This document shows positions 56,004 through 64,000 of a stretch of DNA of 64,000 nt, one piece after another. The stretch spans positions 1-64,000 of the IMG/VR virus record IMGVR_UViG_3300035670_000022; one strand, written 5' to 3'. Source of the stretch: a virus. A model generated the notes under the pieces. The model had not been told where the DNA came from. It did no database searches and saw only the letters and a list, made by a program, of their open reading frames with translations. The translations under genes were made by a program, and so were the position numbers. The first letter of the stretch is position 1. Every line of letters begins with the position of its first letter.

Positions 56004-56588
56004 ATGCCTCTAGTTGCTGTCTTATCACCTGACGACGAGAACCGTATCCTACGCTTTAGTGATACGGACGAAGTGTTGTTTAATGTGCCACTAAACGAGG
56101 GTCTATTTCCTATGGGCTTCACTGTATTTTTGGTCTCTTCTGGAGCAACTACGATCGACGTTGTTCCTGAAGAACCTGGCGTTAGTCTTCCTGTTTATAC
56201 GCCTCAACTGAATAACCCTAATGACTTAGGCGTGCTTCGCAATGTAGACGGCTCAAACTCATGGTCTTACGTGGTAGCCAGACCGTATACCGGGGGTGAT
56301 ATCAACGAAGAGTCTATGACTGGAAACTTAGTCCTCGATGATAGTGCTTCTATGTGGCAGGTGCTTAAGTGTAATGGCAGCAGCCGCGTTGTTAATATTA
56401 CAGCTACGATTCGGAGCAAAGAGTTCTTAATCATCAACGACGATGATAGCGGCGATAACACCTTAACTCTTCAAGACGCGGGAGTCCCGTTTGATACGTT
56501 ACGCCCCGGAGAATCTCTCTGGTGTAAGCGGTTGACCACTAAATGGATAGCATTGAGGTTTGCACAGCATGGCATTTCAAGTACTTGA
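56004..56588 (+). CDS. Tail-associated beta-rich protein
   Basis: 194 aa in structural operon. Confidence 0.65.
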   Translation: MPLVAVLSPDDENRILRFSDTDEVLFNVPLNEGLFPMGFTVFLVSSGATTIDVVPEEPGVSLPVYTPQLNNPNDLGVLRNVDGSNSWSYVVARPYTGGDINEESMTGNLVLDDSASMWQVLKCNGSSRVVNITATIRSKEFLIINDDDSGDNTLTLQDAGVPFDTLRPGESLWCKRLTTKWIALRFAQHGISST

Positions 56589-57318
56589 TCGCAGGATTAC
56601 TTACCGAACTAAAGAGATAGCCTATTCAGATACAGTGGGTGGGACTTACGTGTTGACCCAAGAGGATTACGCGTATTGGCTAAAAGTTGATACTTCCTTA
56701 GGGCAGATCAACCTGAGTCTCCCCTCAGATTTACAGTCCGGCTATTACAACATTGTCGAAAATGTTGGTCCTTATTATGTCATGTTTGTCACTGATGCCG
56801 GGCAGACTCTACAAGCCACTCATAACTACATAGGCGTTACAAATTGCACGGGTCACGTCTTCTATGAAGGAGACAATATGTGGCGGCTGCAGGGAGCGTT
56901 AGGAAATCTTGATAGCAGTTCTCTAACAGACGTTGTTATTCCTGTTGGGGCTAGACAGGACCGGTCAGTAATGACCTATAACCAGACCGTCGACAAAATT
57001 ATTTTATCTTCTGGTGTACCCCGGCGTTTTCACCGCTTTGAATATAATAACTACACTACAGCGAACAACGACTTCGGCTATGTCTTGTTATTTGACTCTA
57101 CGTCAGCGGGGTCAGATATCACTGTATATCTAGAAGACGGTCTTGAATTTCTGATTGACTATAATATTACCTTTCATAACCTAGGACCCCATAACGTTCT
57201 GATCACTACCAGCGGCTTAATCTTGGGAAGTTCTTCTACTACTATTCCAGTAAACGGACGGGTAGAAGCGGAGCTAGTAGACACAGGTAAATGGGTCATT
57301 TGGGGGGATCTAGTGTAA
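56569..57318 (+). CDS. Tail-associated protein with two internal repeats
   Basis: Two related halves ending W.LQGAL and WVIWGDL. Confidence 0.65.
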   Translation: MAFQVLDRRITYRTKEIAYSDTVGGTYVLTQEDYAYWLKVDTSLGQINLSLPSDLQSGYYNIVENVGPYYVMFVTDAGQTLQATHNYIGVTNCTGHVFYEGDNMWRLQGALGNLDSSSLTDVVIPVGARQDRSVMTYNQTVDKIILSSGVPRRFHRFEYNNYTTANNDFGYVLLFDSTSAGSDITVYLEDGLEFLIDYNITFHNLGPHNVLITTSGLILGSSSTTIPVNGRVEAELVDTGKWVIWGDLV

Positions 57319-58196
57319 TGTTCTCCTTTCCTACAGTATTTAAGCAAGGATCCGTTGGGGACCCTGAAGTTTACATCTGGTTCTATGACGGTGAAGGTGG
57401 TTGGTCCTATGGTTATACCTTTGATGGTGTTAACTACACTCCGGCCAGTGAGACCGTTCCTAAGCTGTCAGACTATAATCCTGTGCCTAAACGCCCAGTT
57501 ATAAAACCGCGTAACGTCACAGGAGGCGGAGGCGGAGGCGGAGGCGGAGGGGCGCCCACCAGCACGTTTTCTCCATCTATATCTGTTCCAGATGGGACTA
57601 TAGTTTCTTACTTTCCTCCTGTCAGCTATACCGTTACCTGTGAGGAAGTAACTGTATCCGGAGGGCAAGAAGAGACTCTATATAACTTAGACTTCATTGT
57701 CTCGATGAAAGTTATAGATCCAAACACCCCTAACTACACGAACCCAACTCTGAATGGGCAGGTCATATTAGACGCTTACTCTTCTATAAGAATGTCTTGT
57801 GCTGGACCTATTTGGGGGTACGGTGTCTTTGCAGATAACACAACGCATCCCAGTAGAGTTTATCTCTTCGCTAAACACCAAACAGGAACAACAGTGGATG
57901 AAAACGGAGTAGAGTCTCCTGTGTTGGCGGAGCAAAGAACTTACGTTACCAGCCCTTTTTTAACATCTGATCCTAGGGACGGTGTTAGTCCTGTCGCCTT
58001 TCTTTCTGGAGACTATGAGATATACGACGTTAAGGTCCTTTCTAGTTCTATAAAACGTGCCGATGGACTTGAAGATCCAGTAGGTGTAACTCTCACGGCT
58101 AAAATATGCACTCTAATTATTCGAGATCGAAGCGGTGTGCTCTTTGAAAGGCAATACTACGGTGAGCCCCGTGTAGGATTTGGCTCTTGGCTGTAA
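57318..58196 (+). CDS. Tail-associated protein with poly-Gly linker
   Basis: ATG overlaps upstream TAA; GGCGGA repeat encodes G10. Confidence 0.65.
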   Translation: MFSFPTVFKQGSVGDPEVYIWFYDGEGGWSYGYTFDGVNYTPASETVPKLSDYNPVPKRPVIKPRNVTGGGGGGGGGGAPTSTFSPSISVPDGTIVSYFPPVSYTVTCEEVTVSGGQEETLYNLDFIVSMKVIDPNTPNYTNPTLNGQVILDAYSSIRMSCAGPIWGYGVFADNTTHPSRVYLFAKHQTGTTVDENGVESPVLAEQRTYVTSPFLTSDPRDGVSPVAFLSGDYEIYDVKVLSSSIKRADGLEDPVGVTLTAKICTLIIRDRSGVLFERQYYGEPRVGFGSWL

Positions 58197-58254
58197 GCGA
58201 TTAAGCTTGGTGTAGGTCCGGTTCAGGTTGTATTCGAACAAAAAAAAAAAAACA

Positions 58255-58593
58255 ATGACTACTAAAGTTATCCAAGCGTCCTCCGGCGACTTACCCTACG
58301 GGGGTTTTATTGAGTCTATAGCTAATCGGACCTACCCACTTTTTAAACCAGATAAAACCTATATCATTAAGTCTCTACGCGTAAAAAGTGGGAGCGGCAC
58401 TTGTACATGGTCGATTCAAATTGATGACGTTGATGTAACTGGCTTAAGCGCTATTGCTGTTTCAAGTGTTGAGCAGGTATTAACTGCAACAGCAGCCAAC
58501 CTGATCTCCCCTGGACAAAGAGTCACTATTGTCTCCATCAACAACGATAAAGCAATCGATGTTGAGTTCACCATTATGTTAGAGACAGCGTGA
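58255..58593 (+). CDS. Small beta-sandwich virion protein
   Basis: ATG follows an A13 run; in-frame TTG at 58228 is also possible. Confidence 0.65.
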   Translation: MTTKVIQASSGDLPYGGFIESIANRTYPLFKPDKTYIIKSLRVKSGSGTCTWSIQIDDVDVTGLSAIAVSSVEQVLTATAANLISPGQRVTIVSINNDKAIDVEFTIMLETA

Positions 58594-59021
58594 TGCGATG
58601 GTACTTTATCCAAAATCTGATCCAACCTGATTGGCCTTTTTACTGCCCTCAGGAAATTCCTGATTACTTAGTAGACTTTAATATAGTCTATAGTTTTACA
58701 GACACTAATTATTGTCTGCAAACACTGCCTGACTATGAGATTTCTGGTGTAGGGGTTATTCAGACTCAAACCGATACAGATTATTGTCCACAGGATACGA
58801 CTGGGTTTTTTGATATTGATTACGAACTTATAACAGAAGTGCAAGCAGATACAGACTACTGTCCACAAAACACTAATCTATTCTTTAATATAGACTTAAC
58901 TTATTGTGCTCAGGACTTAACGGTATTAAATCGGGACATCATAGGTGCGCCGCCTTACAATATGGCTAGTGAATTGGTCTATTGTCAACAAGATTTAACT
59001 GTATTAAATAGGACTCCTTAA
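58590..59021 (+). CDS. YCxQ-repeat protein
   Basis: Six YC(P/L/A/Q)Q motifs. Confidence 0.7.
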   Translation: MMRWYFIQNLIQPDWPFYCPQEIPDYLVDFNIVYSFTDTNYCLQTLPDYEISGVGVIQTQTDTDYCPQDTTGFFDIDYELITEVQADTDYCPQNTNLFFNIDLTYCAQDLTVLNRDIIGAPPYNMASELVYCQQDLTVLNRTP

Positions 59022-59023
59022 TT

Positions 59024-59956
59024 ATGCCTTTACCTGATTATTCTCCCCGTTCCGACAGCTTTGGCAATTGGTATTTTGGTGGGTTCCAACTGGATAGTCA
59101 GGTGGAAGCTGGTTATGGGGCAAATATAAATTTAGTTGCAACCGTATCCGATTGGGAAACTTATCTGGATGCTGCTTTAGGATCAACCAATTGGACAAAT
59201 ATTGCTCCTACGACTACTACTGCTAATTGGTATTTCAGGTTTGCTAACCCGTGGGAACCATCTACTGATACAATGAGCCATCTTAATTACAGGTTTTGGC
59301 ATAGTGTCCAGTACAATAGAAACTATTTGAATACCAAACTGTCAGGAACGCCCAATGGAGGCACTTATGGAGGGTCTGGGTTTGCTCCTTATGGGACTGG
59401 CTTTTGTATATTTGCTGTGGCTAACCTGTATGGCCTGTGGATAGTCCGCGCCCAAAATTCAACCAATTTAGGACAGTTGACCTCCAGCGTAAATTCCACT
59501 TACTATGGGTGGGTAAAAGATCCTGTATTCCCCACAAATACCAGCGACAGAATTAGAAACTGCGTGACAGGGCAAGGAATTGGTAACTCAGGCGGAGTCA
59601 GCAGTTCATTTTTAAGCTGCAGCGGTGAAGGCACAGTCGCACTTACACCTGTAGTGACAAACTCAGTAATTACCTGTCAAACATCGACGCCTAACGCAAA
59701 CGTCACTGACCTTTGTGTTCTTGATCCTGCCGTTTCTTACCTAAATATAGGGTCTTTACACAACTCTCTATTCTATCCTGGCACCGGCTTAACCGTTGGG
59801 CAGATTTATCGTATCCCCCCAGCGTCAGACCCCGACGGAAATACCGAACAAAATATATGGCTTTGTGCTGGACAGGTTTATGGATGGAATGGTAGTGCGG
59901 GGACCACTAATGCTGGTTATAAGCTAATCCGTGTCTGGTCTAATAACATCACTTAG
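59024..59956 (+). CDS. Putative adhesin/tail-tip paralogue 1 (divergent)
   Basis: SD..GN.Y.G start and C-terminal IG.L.N.L..PD..W...G...L.R..S shared with the next two genes. Confidence 0.6.
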   Translation: MPLPDYSPRSDSFGNWYFGGFQLDSQVEAGYGANINLVATVSDWETYLDAALGSTNWTNIAPTTTTANWYFRFANPWEPSTDTMSHLNYRFWHSVQYNRNYLNTKLSGTPNGGTYGGSGFAPYGTGFCIFAVANLYGLWIVRAQNSTNLGQLTSSVNSTYYGWVKDPVFPTNTSDRIRNCVTGQGIGNSGGVSSSFLSCSGEGTVALTPVVTNSVITCQTSTPNANVTDLCVLDPAVSYLNIGSLHNSLFYPGTGLTVGQIYRIPPASDPDGNTEQNIWLCAGQVYGWNGSAGTTNAGYKLIRVWSNNIT

Positions 59957-59969
59957 GAGGTAACTAACC

Positions 59970-60893
59970 ATGACCGTGTATTCCGACGCACTCAACAATA
60001 AGTTTCTGGGTAATTGTAAGTGGGGTAATCATGATATTAATTACTCCACTGCGAACTACCCAAAATTCGTATCTGAAAGGGTTTGGTACACAGATTGGTA
60101 TCAAGATATGATAGACTTATTTTCAGCGGCGAGTTATACAAATATATCTTCTATTGTTCCTACGAGTCGAAATGGGTCTGGTGAATGGAGAGCGACACCT
60201 CCCGACGTCTCTAGCGAGTATTTTTACTACGGTCAAAGTAGTTACAATCTCACAACACTAGGTATTTCAAATAAGTTGATAAAAACTGGACATTACCATT
60301 TTTATGAGAATGGTGGCGGTTCTCCAGGTATTGACTACGCTGCTTGTATTAACAGTAAGTCTTTAGCTTTACAGACACTAACTGTTTCAGACAACAGAAG
60401 TAACACTTTAAGTGCTAGTGCCCGGTTTACTTATATGGGAAAGCTGGAAGACGTCAATAACAATTTTAATTACTATTCTGCAGGTGTTATAAATCATTGT
60501 ATTCTTATTTATCTATACATGAATAATAACCTGTCGTTTTCGTCGGCATCTCTAGTCGGCATCGACTCAAGTCGTAGTAAGCAGAGCCATTATATTGTTA
60601 GTGCCCAAAAAGAGCTACTTCAAACAGGCGATGCCATCTACCCCATAGCTTGTTCTAACGGTGCTACCCCCACAGGGCAATGGGCAACAGATATGTACGT
60701 CTTCGACAATAACCCCGACTTAGGTTATCCCTGTATCGGTCGTGTTCCTAATATGCTATTAGGGGTCGGGACGTTTACTTACCTCAAACCTGTTGAGTTG
60801 ATTACCGCACCCGATGCCGGTAGTAACCTGTGGTTGCCTGTGGGAAGCTGGGGTGGGAGTCGTACATTATTAATGCGCTGTTATTCCGAATAA
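59970..60893 (+). CDS. Putative adhesin/tail-tip paralogue 2
   Basis: MTVYSDA..WGNHDINY...QWATDM..IGRVPNMLLGVG..LLMRCYS. Confidence 0.65.
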   Translation: MTVYSDALNNKFLGNCKWGNHDINYSTANYPKFVSERVWYTDWYQDMIDLFSAASYTNISSIVPTSRNGSGEWRATPPDVSSEYFYYGQSSYNLTTLGISNKLIKTGHYHFYENGGGSPGIDYAACINSKSLALQTLTVSDNRSNTLSASARFTYMGKLEDVNNNFNYYSAGVINHCILIYLYMNNNLSFSSASLVGIDSSRSKQSHYIVSAQKELLQTGDAIYPIACSNGATPTGQWATDMYVFDNNPDLGYPCIGRVPNMLLGVGTFTYLKPVELITAPDAGSNLWLPVGSWGGSRTLLMRCYSE

Positions 60894-60906
60894 GAGGTAA
60901 CTAACT

Positions 60907-61866
60907 ATGACCGTGTATTCCGATGCCGCTGGAAACAAATACCTGGGCGATTGCCGCTGGGGTAATCATGATATTAATTATCCGACGACTAATTGGTTGA
61001 AGTCTAGAGAATATGAAGTTGGAGATGAATTGTGGTTAACAGAGTTGACTCAATTGGTTATGGCAGCAGGATTTACCAACACAACATATACTATGCCCTA
61101 TATACATGGTAGTCCTAGTAGCTCTTCTATTACGCCTTTCTTTACCTCTACTCCTCCGTTTGTTGGAGCTACTTCTTTTACTTTAGGAAGAGGATGGGCT
61201 CAACGTGCTGTTACTTTTCAGAATAGTATTATAGGCAGTTTTCCAAACACATCACAAAATGATGCTTCGGCTTTTTTAGGGACTCATTTTTACTTTAGTG
61301 GTTGCGCTAGTGAGTATGGGCTTCATTTTATATTGCATTCAATAAATACAAATAAAACCCCTAGAACTTTAGGGATTATGACTTTTACTAAATTATTGGA
61401 TGTCAACCCTAACTTTAATTACTATAATGCCACTGTCAACAATCATATTATTTGGATAAGTTTTACGCATGGAACTACTTATGGCGGAATTTTAAGAGAT
61501 ATATCTCTTGACGTAGGAGGAGGTGGGGGTACAGGAACTCTTGGTTATTATCGTCATTACATAGTAAATACCTCAAAAAGTTTATTGCTGACGGATGCAG
61601 CCGCATACACCATTTCTTGTTCCGATGGACAAACCCCTGGCAGTCAATGGGCGACAGATATGTGGGTATATGACAACAACGTCACTTTTGGTTATCCGGT
61701 AATCGGTAGGGTTCCTAACATGCTGTTGGGAGTTGGAGACTATACCTACTTAAAGCCAGTTAAGATTCAAGGAACTGCGTTCCCAGACAACGGTAGCCCT
61801 TGGTATCTCCCGGTAGGCACCTTTAGTGGTAAAGTATTATTGATGCGCTGTTATTCTTCGATGTAG
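60907..61866 (+). CDS. Putative adhesin/tail-tip paralogue 3
   Basis: Same termini as 59970-60893 with a different centre. Confidence 0.65.
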   Translation: MTVYSDAAGNKYLGDCRWGNHDINYPTTNWLKSREYEVGDELWLTELTQLVMAAGFTNTTYTMPYIHGSPSSSSITPFFTSTPPFVGATSFTLGRGWAQRAVTFQNSIIGSFPNTSQNDASAFLGTHFYFSGCASEYGLHFILHSINTNKTPRTLGIMTFTKLLDVNPNFNYYNATVNNHIIWISFTHGTTYGGILRDISLDVGGGGGTGTLGYYRHYIVNTSKSLLLTDAAAYTISCSDGQTPGSQWATDMWVYDNNVTFGYPVIGRVPNMLLGVGDYTYLKPVKIQGTAFPDNGSPWYLPVGTFSGKVLLMRCYSSM

Positions 61867-61879
61867 CTGAAGCTATTGT

Positions 61880-62449
61880 TTAGCTCTTGTCATTCTTGTT
61901 AGCCCGGCAAAATAGATTCACTCTAACTGGGTCTTTTAGATACGCAGTCAAGATGGAAGACACTTCTGCGTTGATACTTTCTATGATTGACTCTAACTTT
62001 GTCTCTTGAACTTCAATGCGCGTGTTGATTTTTCCTATCTCTTCTGTAATATAATCTAGCTCCTGTTTTAGTTCTTTGTCTTCTAACTTACCCTGCTTCA
62101 GCTCGTTTACTAGGGTCTGCAGCGCGTATTGAAGTGGCTTTAGACGCTCGTCTATCATTTCTCGACGTTCTAGCTCTATCTCTCTAATTGTGTTGTTTAA
62201 TGAGTCGACGATCTCTTCTTTGAAGAGTCTTCTGCCTAGTTCTTGGTCTTTACGCACGTAGTCTTTTAAAATCCAGGCTAACGCCCCTCCTATGGGAATA
62301 CCTAAAGTGACTATAACTTCCGGCGTATTGAATCTGTTTAACCAGCTGTTCTGGCTGCTTTTAGACTCTTGAGAAAGAATAACGGTCGGGAAGATTAGCG
62401 CTAAAACAATAGACAGTAGCAGGATACGCATTGTAAGAGTCCTTAGCAA
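61880..62449 (-). CDS. Membrane protein with coiled coil (possible lysis accessory)
   Basis: Two hydrophobic segments followed by heptad repeats. Confidence 0.6.
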   Translation of the reverse strand: MLRTLTMRILLLSIVLALIFPTVILSQESKSSQNSWLNRFNTPEVIVTLGIPIGGALAWILKDYVRKDQELGRRLFKEEIVDSLNNTIREIELERREMIDERLKPLQYALQTLVNELKQGKLEDKELKQELDYITEEIGKINTRIEVQETKLESIIESINAEVSSILTAYLKDPVRVNLFCRANKNDKS

Positions 62450-62484
62450 GATGTTCTTAATCCAGCTTAGGTGTTTAGCGACTA

Positions 62485-63639
62485 TTAGCTGAGAGTCAGA
62501 GTAAAGGCTCCGCTGGTGGCAAACTGCATTCTATAGATTCTGTACGTAACAGACGCCCCTAAACGTGTCTCTGTCGTCTCTGTAACCGATGCCATTACTG
62601 CGTCAATGTTGTTGACTTTGAAGGTGTTGTAGGCGCTGTAAGATGTGGGTAGAAAAATGTGTAAGTACGCGTCGTTATCCGTGATAGGTTTTGTCACTGA
62701 TGTAGGTCTATATAAACCATCTCCTATAAGAGTCAACTCAGCAACAGATGTGACAGGAGCGTCCGCCCAACCCCAAAACGCTCTATGGGCCCACTTCACA
62801 GTGTGAGTATCCCCCAGGTATTCATCCCCGTTAGTGTTTCTTACCACTGCAGACCACGTGCGGGTGGCAGGTGTCAAATAAATATTCGGCTCGGCTGTGT
62901 AGGAAGAGAGTTGATACGCAAAAGTCGTTCCTAACGTTATCTGCGAAGACACTGCTACATTGTCTTCTTCGAAGACACAATAAGATAGATTGTTTGAGAA
63001 CGTAGAGGTGAAACTTAACTCCACATCTGTGTCTACTTCTAGAGCAGCGGCGCCTACTTCTACTGTTGTCGGTAGATTCGTTATCAGCGTGACAACTGGG
63101 TTCACATACGGATAAAGCAGTTTATCTAACACTTCCGTAATCGGAATGTTGTCGAAGGTCTCCCCTGCGCTTATACCCCCTACAGGTAAAGGTACCTCGT
63201 CCGTATTATTATACGTCTCCTGGACAAGTTCGAATAAAGCAGTCCAGGTGCCACTTTGTCTGTTATTAGAGACGTATATGCCTCCCTTGCGGAGACTTAG
63301 TCCTTCAATGTTAAGAGTGAGTTCGTGCCCGTCAGGCGTGGTTAAACTCTCACTGATTCCCGTGTTGTCTTGAATGTGTATCTTGTAGTCTTTTGTCGTA
63401 AACGCTGTGGCAAACGGTACTTCTCTGTTTAGACGCGCTTTTATCTGCGTGTACAACACATCTAGCAACTCTAGAAATTCAGATACAGTCTCTACCCGTA
63501 GGTACTCCTCCGCTTCTAGGGCAGATTCGACAATATCTAACAGCAGCGTCTGCATTACGCTGGCAGTAATCAGATGTTTCTTATTGTCTAAAACCTGCCG
63601 AACGATGGTCAGCTGTAGGTCATTAAGCGGTCTAAGCAT
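62485..63639 (-). CDS. Virion structural protein
   Basis: VGGISAGETF....EVLDKLLYPY..P motif and beta-rich C-terminus. Confidence 0.65.
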   Translation of the reverse strand: MLRPLNDLQLTIVRQVLDNKKHLITASVMQTLLLDIVESALEAEEYLRVETVSEFLELLDVLYTQIKARLNREVPFATAFTTKDYKIHIQDNTGISESLTTPDGHELTLNIEGLSLRKGGIYVSNNRQSGTWTALFELVQETYNNTDEVPLPVGGISAGETFDNIPITEVLDKLLYPYVNPVVTLITNLPTTVEVGAAALEVDTDVELSFTSTFSNNLSYCVFEEDNVAVSSQITLGTTFAYQLSSYTAEPNIYLTPATRTWSAVVRNTNGDEYLGDTHTVKWAHRAFWGWADAPVTSVAELTLIGDGLYRPTSVTKPITDNDAYLHIFLPTSYSAYNTFKVNNIDAVMASVTETTETRLGASVTYRIYRMQFATSGAFTLTLS

Positions 63640-63661
63640 AAGAGTAAAAGAGAGGGCTAAG

Positions 63662-63988
63662 TTAGATTCTGTGTCGTTTACGCATCAGACCTGTTAATTC
63701 TTTGTCCCATAGATACTCCAATAGACGTTTGGAGAGCTCCGGCGACAGGGGAATCTTATCTAGGCTGCGATAAGTCACAATTTCATACAGATCCTGGAAG
63801 GTATAACTGGGTGACTTATCTTCGTAAATTATCTCTTCTGTCTCCGGTAGCCCCTCAAAAGATACCTCGTCTAAGTCCTCTTTAGTGTCCTCGACGTAAC
63901 ACTCTAAATAGTCGATCGTGTCGTCGATGGTCTCTTGACTGAGATGCTCCCCATTTACAGCAACGAAAAATAGATAGTTAGCTCCCAA
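63662..63988 (-). CDS. Acidic hypothetical protein (may start beyond the window)
   Basis: 108 aa at window edge. Confidence 0.55.
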   Translation of the reverse strand: MGANYLFFVAVNGEHLSQETIDDTIDYLECYVEDTKEDLDEVSFEGLPETEEIIYEDKSPSYTFQDLYEIVTYRSLDKIPLSPELSKRLLEYLWDKELTGLMRKRHRI

Positions 63989-64000
63989 GGCATAGCGCGC

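Noticed and set aside
59024-61866. Diversity-generating retroelement or shufflon
   Set aside because: No reverse transcriptase in the window, no adenine-specific TR/VR pair, and the repeats are direct rather than inverted with no adjacent invertase.

Overview
The window is a gene-dense segment of a large, probably temperate dsDNA phage of a cyanobacterium. The host call rests on a cyanophage-type ribonucleotide reductase, an RpoD-like sigma factor, and a tyrosine integrase beside a 3'-half tRNA-His att core. Positions 1-37.6 kb are almost all minus-strand early and replication genes: rIIB-like, SelO/YdiU AMPylase, dNMP kinase, a complete Ubl-E2-JAB-E1 ubiquitin-like operon, integrase plus attP, a thymidylate synthase fusion, NrdB, intein-containing NrdA, nucleases, primase, SF2 and SNF2 helicases, a DnaX-like clamp loader, UDG, a family-A DNA polymerase split into two genes by an inserted winged-helix ORF, and RecA. 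Positions 37.7-64 kb are mostly virion and tail genes plus the sigma factor. They include two paralogous giant tail proteins (one with phycobiliprotein-like inserts and Ig repeats), an S74-chaperone tail fibre and three tandem paralogous adhesin-like genes. Recurrent non-coding signals are a 14-bp motif (AACAGAGAAGAGTA) upstream of minus-strand operons, a 19-bp palindrome (ATTCTGAACnGTTCAGAAT) and integrase arm-type repeats. All family assignments are by eye from motifs; no database search was run.
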